Origin: Zygnema circumcarinatum SAG 698-1b
Lineage: Eukaryota > Plantae > Zygnematophyceae
DNA: 64,000 bases
Assembly (NCBI GenBank): GCA_037447605.1
Contig: CM074806.1
Coordinates: forward strand, 4,939,672-5,003,671
Direction: 5' to 3'
The notes under the pieces were generated by a model. That model worked only from the letters and a program-made list of their open reading frames with translations, was not told where the DNA came from and did no database searches. Within the stretch, counting starts at the first letter, position 1; every line of letters begins with the position of its first letter. Positions 1 to 18,000 of this stretch are shown here, in pieces. The position numbers and the translations under genes were made by a program.

Positions 1-341
1 TTGCAATACCAATGAAGGGGAAAACTAAAATAGTCAGGGACTGACGATTAGGGGGACGCCGCCCAGCTTTGGACCAATGATAAAAGGGAGACCCTTAGCC
101 GTTTCCAGTGACTTATAAAACATCCTAGCCATAGATATACGACTTATAAGAAATGGCTGGCCACACGTTAGCAACAGTTGGTCAGGAACTACCCAAGTTA
201 ATTTGATATTTTTGTTTCATAATCGCTTGGATTTTAGTGGCCACTCTTAGTTAGAATTTGCTAGCTAGGACCGATTTAGCTCTAGGAGTCACTTCGTGTA
301 AGCTGCTTGTACCGGACTGTTCCAGGAGGGGCCTTTCGGGC

Positions 342-387
342 CATGGGGCCATGCCGTCATGGGGCCATGCCACCATGGGGCCATGTC
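342..387. repeat. 16-bp CATG-rich tandem repeat (CATGGGGCCATGCCnn x3) upstream of the PGM gene
   Basis: CATGGGG recurs at 342, 358 and 374, about 160 bp upstream of the ATG at 543. Confidence 0.85.
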
Positions 388-542
388 CGTGCGGCTGTAC
401 GGGCTGAGGCGCGGGCGGGCCGCCGCGTACGCGAGCGGAGAGGCGTTCCGCCGCCGGCCGTCGCGGCGCTGCCCTCGTCCTTTCGCCCTCGCATCCTCCC
501 GCCTACGCCCGCCCACTCGCCCTCCCGCAGCGCAGCGTAGTC

Positions 543-3134
543 ATGGCGGCCGCTGCCAAGCTCCACTGCGCAGCGACCATGACAAGGGCGCCACCGCATC
601 ATCTGACTGCTGCCGCTGGATTTCGCTCTGCCCGCCCCGTGCTCCTCGCTGCTCGCGTTGCCTGCTCGCCGAGGAGAGGCAGCTGGAGACTGCACGTAGC
701 GGCAGCGGACGGCAGCGCCAATGGCAGCCCCAGCGTTGCTGAGGTGGCCACTGAGAGCAGTGAGTTCCGTTCTGCAGGGCGCTGCTGCTCTCTTTCTGCT
801 GAGCTTAACTTTGCGTCCAGTGGTGGTCCCCTGACGAAGCGGACAGGCTGGGCGCCATGGCAGAAGCTGCGGCGCTGATTCTCATCCGCCACGGCGAGTC
901 GCTCTGGAATCAGAAGAACCTCTTTACCGGCTGTGTAGACGTGCCATTGTCACAGAAGGGAGTGGAGGAGGCGCTGGAAGCTGGAAAGAGGATATCTGAC
1001 ATTCCCGTCGATCTTATCTTTACATCTGCTCTGATCAGGGCGCAAATGACCGCTATGCTGGCCATGACCCAGCACCGCAAACAGAAGGTCACTCTCTTGA
1101 CAACGCGAACATACCGGAAGATGTCTAGCAAGCTTAGTTCGCAATTTTGTTGCATCATCGTCACTTCATAATCTTGGATATGACGCTTTTTTGTCTCGCT
1201 TCCGTTAATTGCATCCATTGCCAACATCGATCGATAGAGTTCTCAGCACTGCAGGCGGCAATTGAAGATATGCTTCAGCATCTCTGGCTAGGGTGGTGCC
1301 CGTCACTTGCCGCCAATCCACGGTCCCTTCAGCACCACAGAAAGGATTTCTTATTCTGAAGCCGCAGCATAGAAGCATGTTGAATTGTCTGTCCGTTGTT
1401 GTGTTTGAAGGAGGCCTCGTTGAAGGCACTTGTCGAGGTCGTGTATCTATAGTTCAAGATTTAAAGGTTCTTAATGGTAGTAGTTATCTTGTTTCGAATA
1501 TCGGCTGACATTGTTGCACTTGATTGAATAGGTGCCCGTCATTCTCCACCAAGAAAGTGAAAGGGCGGTCAATTGGAGCACGATTTTCAGCAGTGAGACT
1601 GAAAAGGAGGTTATCCCTGTGGTTACGGCTTGGGAGCTTAATGAACGCATGTGAGTCTTTCCATTCAGAGGTGAATCTGATATTCTTTTAGAATGTACGT
1701 GGCAGGAGTTCTGACACTTTCTGAAAAGGCGAACACAGTTATCCTATCGGCCTTGTTGCTCGTTTATTGGTTTTAGGCACTGTTTGGTCCTGATTGAAAA
1801 CGTTTTTCTGCCTCTCTTCAAAGTCACACAGAACTTGAGGGATCCCAGTCATTTTGGAACGTAAAATGTTTGGACTTACGCCCGTGGCTAGAATATTTTC
1901 TTGGTCTTGCATAATCTTGTTGAAGACAGTTAATGTGCTGGATGGCCTTCACTTCCTTCTTCTCCCACTTGTTGTAATTGCATGGTATTTGTGATGATTT
2001 GTCCTTGCAGGTACGGAGAGCTCCAAGGTTTGAACAAACAAGAGACAATAGACAAGTATGGGGAGAAACAAGTAAAAGAATGGCGTAGGAGCTATGATAT
2101 TCCACCCCCGAATGGTGAGAGCTTGGCTATGTGTGCAGAGCGAGCAGTAGCTTATTTTAAGGAGAATGTGGAACCAGAGCTAAATGCCGGCAAGAACGTT
2201 CTTATCGCTGCACATGGAAACTCGTTGCGCTCTATCATTATGTATTTGGATCGCCTCACTTCGCAAGAGGTGAGTTACTTGCGGTATCCTTCCTGAAAGT
2301 ATACAGATTGCTATTTTGTTTGCAAGTACACCTCGTGATATGGGCGCTCATTTTCATTGCCCAACTTCTACTCTGCCGTCGGTGGTGGTTTGTTCCAACC
2401 TTGAACATGTAGAGGTTAAACTGGATCACGGCTCAACGGGCAACTCTTTTGCTCTTGATTGTTTGTGGTGCGCCTACTCTTCACTGTCATTTGCTCACCT
2501 CCAACTGGAACGCGTTCATGGAGAACGGCATTGACATGTGAGTGAATGGTGACTGCTACATGCCGCCTTGTTCAATCTTGTACTAGCGCAATGTGTCGGG
2601 CGCAGGTGATTGAGCTCGAACTCTCAACTGGCATTCCGATGCTCTACGTTGCCAAAGATGGGAAATTCTTCCGGAGGGGTTCCCCGCTGGGCCCTACCAC
2701 CACTGGAGTCTTTGCACTCACACCGGTAAGAAATTTGGAAAGGTCGACCACAAAGCAATTTGTTTATGCGAACGAACGTCGAGGCACTTACAAATGCACG
2801 ATCATAGTCATCGCTAGCGATTTGTATTGTCTTTTGTATTTGAGCCTTCTTTTGGGCCATGCAAGTTTTGAGCTCTAATCACCGATGAGTTATGTGTTGC
2901 TGCCAAGTGACAGTCAGACTTAGGGCAGCTGAAGGGTTGTTAGTGGAATGACTTGTTGTGGGAGGTGAGTGTGAACCTTGCCTCCCGTGCTAGATAGCTG
3001 CGCTCCTCCTTTGCTGCTCTCCTGCCTCCGGGAGCTGCAGGGGAACAGTAATGACCGCTTGCGTCTCATACGTTTCCACTGCCGCTTCGCAGGACCTTGC
3101 GCAATACCGCCAGATGCTGGACACAACATCCTAA
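543..3134 (+). CDS. gpmA: 2,3-bisphosphoglycerate-dependent phosphoglycerate mutase (histidine phosphatase family) with probable plastid transit peptide, 6 exons
   Basis: Exons 543-759, 864-1087, 1532-1650, 2011-2269, 2606-2725, 3093-3134 join in phase through GT-AG introns. Motifs: LIRHGESLWN, LNERMYGELQG, WRRSYDIPPPNGESL, AHGNSLRS, LSTGIP; C-terminus DLAQYRQMLDTTS*. The Ala/Ser/Arg-rich exon 1 looks like a transit peptide. Confidence 0.93.
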
Positions 3135-3940
3135 ATATGTGGAAGTGGTGGACGCGCTTCTTAGAGCTTAAAGCCGTGTCCATTGTCATATAGTGCTTGT
3201 GCAGCTTCACCTGTGGATCATTATTAATAGTTTGGATTTCTGGTGTGGCAAGTGCTGAACAGAAAGCTGTCTTAGCCCCGCTTCACTTTTTTATCGAACT
3301 CTGCACAAGCTTAGAAGTGGACTGTACAGACTATTAAAGATTACCCTTTCGGAGGAAGTTAGTTCTCTTTAGTGATTGTCGGATATGAGCTAAGAGATTG
3401 TAGAAAGTCAATCTGACAATGGTGCACAGCATTTTTAGGCAGTGACATCGATTAAGCAGTTGTTTATTATATCCACTTGTGGTGCTTTGCGAAGTGCGCA
3501 GAGAGTGTGCAATCCTGATATACGTCCTTCCGAAGGACATCCAATACGAGAGGTGGCAGCCTGTAGCAATCGGTCTTTACTCGATGCGAACTAAACGTTC
3601 CAAAGCCGGCTTGGAAATTGTGAGAATGTCACTTGTGCGACATCGGGAATCGCACCTGATTTCAATCCACCGCACCCGTTGAAAGATGCATCTTCCAAAG
3701 AAATGTATGTAAAGCAAAGCCATGGGTTATTTTTTGTACGATGTAGAGTGCATTTCACAATGGACTCTAGCCATCAACTATCGCAATAAGTAGATGGAGT
3801 TAGGGTGATGGGCGTTCAGGGTTGGAGCTACTCGTCGGCGAGGCCGCTTTTTGAAAAGACCAGCGTATGATGGCCAACGCTTCTCCATGGCAAGGTTGGA
3901 GTTTCCAACCAGCAGCGGTTGGACTTCGAGAGCACATGCG

Positions 3941-8791
<4,851 letters not shown>

Positions 8792-8982
8792 CGCGTCCCC
8801 CTCCTCTCCCCTCTCCCTCAACCCCCTCTTCCTCGCCCTCTCTGCCCTTCCCCCCCTCCCGCTCGCTCTCCTTTCCTCTCTCCCTTTCTCTCTCACCCCC
8901 GCTCGCTCTCCTGTCCTCTCTCCCTGTCTCTCTCACCCCCCCCCCCCGGGGCGGTCCCTCACCGCGGAGAGGCAGTCGCACA

Positions 8983-9000
8983 CCGTACGGCGCCGTACGG
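8983..9000. promoter_or_regulatory. Two palindromic CCGTACGG motifs 10 bp apart upstream of RIO2 (GTAC core, SBP/SPL-type site)
   Basis: ccgtacgg at 8983-8990 and 8993-9000, about 200 bp upstream of the RIO2 ATG. Binding is not shown. Confidence 0.45.
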
Positions 9001-9231
9001 CATGTGGAGGCGGCCGCCGCCCTCTCCCGCAGGGTCAAACGGCCCTCGATAATGGTATGGGTTGCGCTTGATAAAGTGAATTTAGTTACTTTGTTGAAAA
9101 AACAATGGGAAGAATGGGCATTGGTCTCGCATCACATGGACGTGGATAAAATCGAAATGGGAACCACGAAGAGCCTAGCCGGTCACAAGGGACCTGCGGT
9201 AAAATCAAATGAAAAAACGACGAGCTGAATG

Positions 9232-9247
9232 AAACCCTAAAACCCTG
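9232..9247. promoter_or_regulatory. Telo-box-like element (AAACCCTAAAACCCT) upstream of RIO2
   Basis: AAACCCTA at 9232-9239 plus a second partial copy. Telo-boxes are typical of plant ribosome-biogenesis promoters. Confidence 0.4.
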
Positions 9248-9803
9248 TTGTGGAAGTTGACGTTCAACGACGACGTGCTTGCGGATCTTCGATGGATGCA
9301 AGTCAGTCCGACCCGTTACCTCCACGCCCTTCCACGCTTCGTACAACTGCCCAGCTGTGCCACGATTGTGAACGGAGGAGGAAGCAACGACCATGTGTGG
9401 CGTTATCGTCTCCCCTCGCGAGCGCAGAGAGGCCGAGAGGCCGAGAGGCGCTGCGCAGGTGGCTGCCGATGGTGGACGACCAGTTGACGATTAAATCGTA
9501 ATAGAAGTGAATGCACCTCCAGCCAACAGATCGATTCACTCAAACGAGTAAATTTGTTGCACTATGCAATGATCCAAAGACAAAAATATGTTGACCTCAG
9601 CATTTTGGCCAAGTCACTTAACCGATGGTGCAACATACGCACCATGAACAGCCATGAGCACTGCACTTTCTACTGACATATGTCAGCTTTTCAGAAAATA
9701 TATGGAGCCTGACATTGACAAGGTTCACCCTACGCTCTGCTCGGCAATGACAGTGCCACGCGGAACCATCATCGTATCTGCTGGCGTGGTCCTGCGAGGC
9801 TCA

Positions 9804-12800
9804 TCATCGTTCCCACAGTGCCTTCACTTGCTCCTGCAAGCGCCTGAGCTGTGCGGCCACCTTCCCTGTCACGACTCCTCCCGCCAGCAGCGCGGCGTCA
9901 ACAGCGTCGGCCACAGCCTCCAAATCAACAACTTCATGGACGGCCTCCTTGGGGAAGAGCGCGGGCAGCGCTTCCAGTGCCGTCGCGCACATGCGAAGAG
10001 CCTCTGCCCGCCTCGCAGCTTTAGCAAACTCTGTGCGAGGAACAAGCAGCAGCAGAGAGCCCAGTGCGGGCAAAAGAGGACGGAGAGCTTCAGCGAGCCC
10101 AGGCAGGGTGGGGCGACGTTGGAATAAACGCTGGAGAAACTGACAAGCTTCCGCACGTACAAACTCGGTGCGCCCCTTGGAGCAATAATGCAGCAGAGGA
10201 GGGAGAATTTCAGCGCCCACCCAGGGATATCGCTCCACAGCGCGAGTGAAAAACGACATTGGGAGGTGGCTCCGCTTGCCCAAAGCAGTATCCATGGCTT
10301 TGGCCATCACTCCCTGCAAGGCCTGTGGCCCCCCTGCTGCTTGCAGGACCTTCAGGACCCACAAACAACAACTGCCAGCTGTCTCTGCCACTCGGTTGTT
10401 GAGTGCTCGAGCTGCGACATCCATGCACTCCTCCAGCACAGTTTGGACACGCGCCTCCTCGACATGTGAGCCCTTTGGATAATCGCCACGTCCAAACCGT
10501 CGTCGGAGCAGAGCTTCGATAGCAGAGGCAAGAGAGGCGGTGGGGGAGGCCTGGGCCCCCGCGAGCGCCTGCAGCAGCGGCACGGGGACTTCCAGGACTA
10601 GGGGACTCCCTGGACAGCGCCGCAAAAACGTGTCCAGCAAGCCGAGGACTCGCAGGCGGAAGTGCTCTCGCTGAGTCTGGAGGCTCTTGCTGCTGTCAGC
10701 CTCCTCCTTGGCCAGCTTCAGACGCTGAGCTAAGAGACCGTCGATTCGGAACATCGCCTCATCATCAAGCGGCTCATCGTCACTTTCATCGTTGCCATCA
10801 TCATGATTGCGAGCTGAGGAAACTTCTTCCAATGCTGCTGTAAGCTTGGCATTGCCATCGACACTAGGCTCTTCTTCTCCGTTCTCCAATTCGACTGGAA
10901 GATCGTCATCCTCTCCTTCCAAAGGGCTATCATCATCATCCTCCTCACTGCTGTCCTCAGCAATCAGTGTCTGTTCCTCACCTTCAACAGCACGCTGTCG
11001 GCGAGTATTGGAAGGGGTCTCTCTAATAACGCGAAGGAGGTCCTGGATAGAAGTTTGTGTGAGGTCATCACAGAAGGCATCAAAACACTGCTCCACAGCA
11101 CTGCGGATCGGGGGAGATGGCTGCGTGAGAAGCGAGAGCATGATGTCCAGCAAGACATCCATCGCCTGTGGAGGATCAGCATCAGCTGAAGGCCCCCCTT
11201 CTGCCTGAAAGGCTATAACCGAAGGGAAGATACGACAAGTGACAGCTGCGAGCTCTTCGGCAACTCCGAGGCCGGGGTCAGTAAAAAGCAGCCCGTGCAG
11301 CAGCGAGAGGGCGAATACCTCCTCCAGTGACTTCGCACGGCTGTCATTAGTTTCTACCTGAGGGAAAACCAAACCCCGCACTTCACGTCAGTCTCAACTC
11401 TGGAAGCCGGCGATTCTCATGCTGAAACAAGAAAAGACACTTGATGAAGAACAGGCTGAATTTGCAGACTTCTTCTATAAGAATAATGAGCTTTTTTAGT
11501 AAATATTTTTCTTCCGCTAAAAGTTCTTCTTTGTGGGAATCAATATTTTCTCCTTGTTTATAGTTTTCTTTTATTTCTTTAAAAAAAGTAATTAGTTGTC
11601 TAATTTCTTGCTGTAGAGAGTTAAAATGTGACAATAGAGTTTCATTAGGAATTTTGCAAGCTTCCACTTCCATCATTACAATCTCCGCCTCAGTGCCGCT
11701 AACAATCGTTTCTAAATTGTTCTCCTGGCTTATTAAATCAGCAGCAGCTAATAAAGGTGCTTGAAAGTTATGCTTCTCACCAGGTGGGAGCTCAAGCTCT
11801 GCAGACTCGCATGGAGCTGCTTCACAGTTTTGCGATTCTCAGGGGTGAGAGGAGTTGCGAGTGGGCAAGCAGCACTGCGGACACAGCGCACAGCGAGGCC
11901 GGCCAGCTGCGCCGGCAAGCGTGCAGCTTCCGTCTCAGCGCCGTCTTGCGCGCTAAGCTGTCGGCCCCCTGCCTTGGGAGCAGCTCGCCGAACAGCCGCC
12001 AGCAGAGCAAGGAGCCTTTCTCTGCACAGGGTACGAGTGGCAAGGGAAACGGCAACGTCTGGCCCCTCATTTGCCTCGGCTGGCAGCCACTTACATGAAG
12101 TGGGTCCTGGGGGCAGCTGACAAAGCGCATGCACAAGAAGAAAATGCAAGACCTCTCTCTGCAATCGGGTGCATATTCCCGCGGCCCCAGAAATTTGGGG
12201 CTGGCGGCATGCAGCGACCATTTGCTCCACAATGAGCCGCCTTCGCTCGCTCACTATGTCATTCAACTCGACTATTCTGGTCCCAGTCTCTCCTGTCGTC
12301 GTGCAAGCCTCCAGGAAAGATCTTCGAAGCGAAGCAACGAGAGTCTGAGCCCCGGCTGGATCAAGGCCCACTGTCAAACGGGCTACAGCACCAGTGTGAG
12401 TGAGAGCATCAAAACGGCCTCTCGAATGCTCCTGCAAAGCGCCCAAAAGAGCCGCGCGAGCAGCCCCATGCTCCTCTGCCCAGGCCTCCAGACGCGCTAG
12501 GCAGCGCTTGGCAGAAAAATGTAGCAGTGTCTTCTTGTCCTTGAGAGCATCCACGAGGCACCGCACAAGGGGCTTTGAGACAAGGGACGGCGCCTGCGCT
12601 GCGGGGAGCCGAGGCAGCATGAGCAGCAGCAGCTCCAAGGCCAGATGCCGCCTCTCATGGCTGGACAGCAGGAGGCCTTCATCCACCACCGTCCTCCAAA
12701 AGACCGCCACTTGTTCGAGTCCACATGGGGAGCCCAGCCTCTCCACATCCAGCGTCGATTTCTTTTTCTTCTTCTGATTCGTAACGTGTTTGTCCTCAGA

Positions 12801-14680
12801 GGGAGAAGGCAGTAGAAGTTCCAATAGAATGCCCCACACCGCATGCACACGGGGATGGCTACTGGACGAGGCCTGCACGCATAAGCAAGGGAGCCATTCC
12901 ATTAGAATAGATGACCTAAATTTTGAACAATCAGAAGCATTAGCACAATCATGAGCATGCAGGGGGAAGGGGAGAAGGAGAGGCAAGGGGGGGGGAGCTG
13001 AGAGAGTTCCAGGTATTATGTGCAGAAAAGGGTAGACGATAAATGTAAAGAAAAGGCAAGTTAAAAATAGAAAACGTTGCTCAAATGACGGCAGGAGAGA
13101 GGATAAAATAGAGAAAGAGAGTGAGGAGCCAAAGCAAGAGCCACGATGTATCTAGTCCAGTGTGGAGAAGAACTCAAACGCTACTGAAACTAGAACAGTG
13201 AACGCATGGAAAGGATTTTCGGCAAGGGAGTCAACCAAAGAGGTGACAGGGGGAAGTAGATATAGTTAGACACGATCGCATGATTGAATGCGCCAGGCCC
13301 AACTCGGTGGAGGTTATGACCTGCACGGAGATAGGAGGGATGAACATTTGCACACCTTAAGGATAGGAACAAGGCGTTCCAAATGTTCTTTTGAAAAAAA
13401 ATCGGTCACATTGGAAGTAGTCGGCAGCAAACTGCATTTAGAATGCACATCATCCGGGAGGCGACGCCATAGTTTTAATGCTAAGAGAAGGTTCTCCGGC
13501 GTTGCTTCCTCTGCCGGAACTTGAAGCCAGTCGATAAGCACGGCAGAATCTGCCAAACATCTTCTCAAAACGCTTTGTGGCAGCTGCAGGCCCAAAACAA
13601 GAAGAATTTCTTAAAATCTCTGAAGATGCAGGTGCATCGCAATACCGGGTCATTACTTCTCTTCATAACTTCAGCCGGGTAAGCTCGCCAATCACATGCC
13701 TCGCATGCTCCGAACAGGACCTCTGCAGCTCACCTGACGAGCCAGCTCGAGGAGCGCCTCCGCCGCGGGCTCCCTGAGGAACGACTTGCGCTGCGCCAGG
13801 CGGACGAGGGCCTCGGCGACCTGCTGGGCCGCCTGCCCCGCTTCCGCACCTTCTCTGCTCAGTCCGCCGGCGCGCACGAGCGCTGCGTAAGCAAACAGTC
13901 GTCCAAGGAGAACATCGTTCGTGTCCTGAACCCTAACCTCCCTCCACCCGGTCCCGTGAATCCCTTCCAGCTCCAGCAGCTGCAGAGGCTGTCTATCAAG
14001 CAAAAAGAATTTCCATATGTGAGTACCAGAGAAGTCTTACCTGTCCTTTCAGCTTGGCAGAAAGCTCCAAATGCTTCTCAATCAGCGGAAGAACAAACTC
14101 AGTTTCCATTCCTTCGACGGAAAGAAGAACAGCTGTAAGCGCGAGTGCATATCCTTGCCGCGCACCCTGCAGATGACAGTTTTCGTCCCCGCCCATTGCA
14201 AGCGTTAGAGCAGCAGCTTCAAAACCTGCCAGCAGCAGCAGCAGCAACGGCGGCGGCGGTGGCGGTGGACGCGGAGCTTACAGCGCGGGAGGAGCCGAGC
14301 CCGCGGAGGAGGCGCTTGAGCGCGTACTGCGAGTCCCCTCCGGCCTGCAGTTCGCGCACCAGCGCAGTGGCAGCCTCCTGGCGCCGCGCCGCGTGGGTGG
14401 AGGCGAGGTGGTCAAAGATTGCCAGCCCCACTGGAGGCTCATCAGAAGCCCCTTCCCCGCCTCCGGCACCATACCCCTCCCCCTCCGCCTCCGCCTCCCC
14501 CTCTGCCTCCGCCAAGGCAGCATCCTCTGCCTCCTTATCGTCCTGGGAGGCAGCCTTCTCCTCCGCCTCTGATCGCACCTCCAGGACCGCCTGCGCCTCA
14601 GAGTCCACCTGTCGCCGCCTGCGCTTGCGTTTGGGGGCGGCGCTAGCAGGCGCAGGCGCGTCGGGCAGGCGCTTGGCCAT
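9804..14680 (-). CDS. MYBBP1A: MYBBP1A / DNA polymerase V (Pol5) family nucleolar ARM-repeat protein, 6 exons, about 1,196 aa
   Basis: Exons (minus) 14680-14282, 14166-14041, 13925-13734, 13583-13356, 12872-11781, 11357-9804, all phase-0 GT-AG. Motifs: YALKRLLRGLGSSR-AGARQGYALAL, LLGRLFAYAALVRAG, SHPRVHAVW, LLSSHERRHLAL, LLDIMLSLL, acidic tract then DEAMFRID, HFRLRVLGLL. Confidence 0.9.
11460..11770 (-). pseudogene. pnp: AT-rich fragment resembling bacterial polynucleotide phosphorylase (end of RNase PH domain 1 and start of the helical domain) inside MYBBP1A intron 5
   Basis: Open frame reading NLETIVSGTEAEIVMMEVEACKIPNETLLSHFNSLQQEIRQLITFFKEI, which matches the PNPase pattern L.L.VAGT...I.MVE..A..V.E...L.......EI..LI.F..EI without gaps. 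Hand count gives about 26% GC over 11461-11640, with A/T-ending codons, against GC-rich flanking exons. Confidence 0.65.
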
Positions 14681-15071
14681 GGCGGCCGTCGGGAGGGCGG
14701 GAGGGAGGGAGAGGACAAGGGTGAGCGCGGCGGCGGAGGAACGACGGCGAGGGGCCCCCGCTGCCGTATAGTCGTCCGTACAGCAGCCGTACGACGGTAC
14801 CTCGAATGGCAGTACAGTACGACGGTGCGGCGCGAGTCGTATGCGAGCGAGGGCGGGCGAGAGAGAGCGAGAGAGGGGGCAGGGCCGACGGGCGGGAAGG
14901 AGAGAGGGAGAGAGTGGGAGGGATAGAGAAAGAGGGAGGGAGGGAGGAAGGGAGGGAGGAAGGGAGGGAGGGAGGGAGGGAGGAAGGGAGGGAGGGAGGG
15001 AGGGAGGAAGGGAGGGAGAGGGTGGAAGGGAGAGAGGGTGGAAGGGAGAGAGAGAGAGATAAAGGGCAGCC
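14681..15071. promoter_or_regulatory. Bidirectional promoter/leader shared by MYBBP1A (-) and DnaJ paralog 1 (+), with a GTAC cluster and (GGGA)n tract
   Basis: 391 bp between divergent ATGs. Five GTAC within 14777-14820; GA-rich microsatellite about 14880-15058. Confidence 0.7.
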
Positions 15072-18000
15072 ATGGTGCGGGAGACGGCGTACTACGACCT
15101 GCTGGGCGTGCCGCCGACCGCCTCGCAGGAGGCCATCAAGAAGGCCTACTACGTGCAGGTGCGCGCCTCACCGCCCCTTCTCGCCTGTTGTTCTCTTCTC
15201 CTTTGGAGCTTCCGCTCACGCGGCGCGCTCTGCGTGTGCTCAGGCGCGGAAGGTGCATCCCGACAAGAACCCCAACGACCCGCAGGCAGCGGCTAAGTTC
15301 CAGGTGAGCTTTGCGAATTGTGAGGTGCTTGGCCGCGCCATGGTTGCGGACTGCATGCAGCGCTCGTAGAGTCGTGCGAGCAAGGCATGAAGCATGATGG
15401 AAGGAAACACCTTGAAGCGCTACAGGCGGAGATTCTGGATTTGGAGGAGCTTTCAGGAGCTGGGAAATGCGTATCAAGTTCTCAGCGACCCGAAGCAGCG
15501 AGAGCGATACGATTCTGTGGGAAAACATGGCGTCTCCATGTATGCCTTTCGGCCCTCCTCGCGCCTTCTTTGCATAGTCTATCCCGCATCCATGGTGTGC
15601 GCAGGACTGGCCAGCCAGGACTTGTCACTGGCCTGAGGCCCGCTGCCACTCCCAGAGGCGATGCCGATCAACTGCTTTTCATGATTTCTTAGCTCATTTA
15701 GCTTATTTTCATGACGCTAAGTTTGCAAAATGATTTTAAGTATGGCTGCAAAAGTCACACAATGTGCAGTTAGTGCATTAGCTACCAGTCCGGTAGCTGA
15801 TCTTCGGCTAATCCCGTTAACGTCTCCCCTGAATCTACAGCATCAATAATAGTTTTAAATGAATGACCATGACGTTGACGCGAGTGGCGTTTCATGACAT
15901 GGCCGCAGGGAAATGATGGATCCGGTGCAAGTATTCGGAATGCTGTTTGGAAACGAGGTGTTTGAGGAATATGTTGGGCAGCTCCGCCTGGCCACATTTG
16001 CCTCAGTGGCCAGTGAAAGCGGTGGAAGCAGCTATGCGTCTGTAACGCATGGAGGAGATATTGGGGCAGATCCACAGGGGTTTAACATTCAAGATCTTCA
16101 GGGAAAGTTGAATGTAAAGCTACTGGACCATTCGTCCCTGCTAAGTCTAGTTGTACTGCATTCGTCTACAATGACTTGCTATTCCATAAAGACACGCCAT
16201 GCCTCCTTTCTCTCATCTGGCTCCCTGATTTCGGCTTCGAGTTATTATGGAAATTACGAAGGAGCGTCAGTAGCTTTGGCTGAACTAGCAATCAGCACGG
16301 TTTGGGATATGCGGGCTGTTGTTGAAGGGCCATTGACCCTTAACGTGTGTCATCTGTGCGGGGGATGCTCAGGCCACCCAGACAGAGCGAGTTGGAAAGC
16401 TGGTAGAGCAGCTGAGGGAGCGCCTGCAACTGCATGTGCTGGGAGCTAGAGAGGGCTTCCAGGCATGGGCCATGGGAGAGGCAGACCGGCTAGCCCACGC
16501 TTGTATGTGTGTGACCTTCTTCTCTTCGTCAAGGAAGTTGCTTAGTGCGTCAAACACCATTTGGTATTGAGGTTTGCATTTATGCCAGCCCTCCAACTCA
16601 TGCTAGCTTTTTGTGTTTTTGCGTAATTTGCAGCCTTTGGTGAAGAAATGCTGCAGACAGTAGGATACATGTACGAGCACATAGCTGCCAAGCACCTCGG
16701 CAAGAACCCTTCGTACCTCTTTCTGCCATATTTTGCAGAGGTGGTTTTGGAGAAAGCCCATTTAGTAAACACCAACTTTTCTGCAATCGGAGGTGCGCTA
16801 TCGTCCAACCTTTCCTGCGGAATATCACATTCAATTTATGTTTCTGTGACAGGGTCAGAGCGGGCCTATAGTCTTACAGAGTCTGATGTATTGTAGTGGG
16901 TCGTCTGATGCGTGGTGCAGGTGCCTTTCAGCTGATGCAGCTGCAGCTCAGCATGCGCGAGCAATTGGGCGCAGAGCAGATGGATGAATCAGCCATTGGG
17001 GCGTATTTGGAAAGCAAACAGCAGAGTCTGCTGAATTCGTTGTGGAAGCTGAACGTGGTGGACATCGAGCACACTCTGGTTGCTGTCTGCACTCAGGTGG
17101 GATGCAGGCCATGCTTGCTGACGGGCTTCATGCAGGTATCAGTGGTGGGGAGATCTCGTCCGTTCTCTTCAGTGAATGGCTTCCAAGGCCAGGCAGTGTG
17201 CAGTTTCGGGGCCTGCAGCTGCTCGCTGTGGTGGTGACTGTGCAGCATTCTGAAGAGGGTGCTTTCGGCCTCCCTGCTTGGAGGGGCAGGTGCTAACAGA
17301 GCCAGATGTGTCCCAAGAGATTTTACAGAAGCGAGCGGAGGCGCTGAAGCAACTTGGCATGACGTTTCAGGCACGGCTTATCCCTTTGCTGTGAACATGC
17401 GGCATTGGTCAAGATCGCTTACCGTTGTGGTAGTAATGGCGAGTGAGATTGGTCCCTTTTGTTGAATGAGGGGAGGTTGGAAAGGATAGTGAGGGATAAT
17501 TGAAGGAGAAGCTGAGCTGCCACATGTGGATTGCAGAATTACAAGAACAAGAATCACCACATTGGACGTATCAATGGGGGCTTTCATCCAAGTGCAGCTG
17601 CCTCTGAGCGCACTCCCTCTGCGGGCCATGGAGGAGGGGTGTTTGGCGGCTTCAGCTTTTTTTCACAACAACACCGGGTGATTGATCCTCTCATCTTCCT
17701 GATTTCAGGCACAGCTGTCTATTCCCAGTTTGCATTTCAATATTGCTAAGAAAGGCTTGACCCTGAACTACGGCATGCATTGTTTAACTTAGCATGTCTG
17801 GCTTTTATTCATCGTAGAAGAGGAGGACAACGGATCATAGCCTCGTGTTTTCTAGAGTTCTAGAATTATGTTGACGTCTCATTGGTCAATGTGACGGTCA
17901 GAGCAGGCAATGGAAGCAGCCTGTTGAGGTGACACAAGAAGGGACTCTGAGATTGCCTGCTGACATGTGAGCTGTTCATTTTTTGAGCTGCTCTCTGATG

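Noticed and set aside
9086-9539. Short ORFs between the RIO2 promoter and the MYBBP1A 3' end
   Set aside because: Overlapping frames on both strands, with no splice model or known motif.
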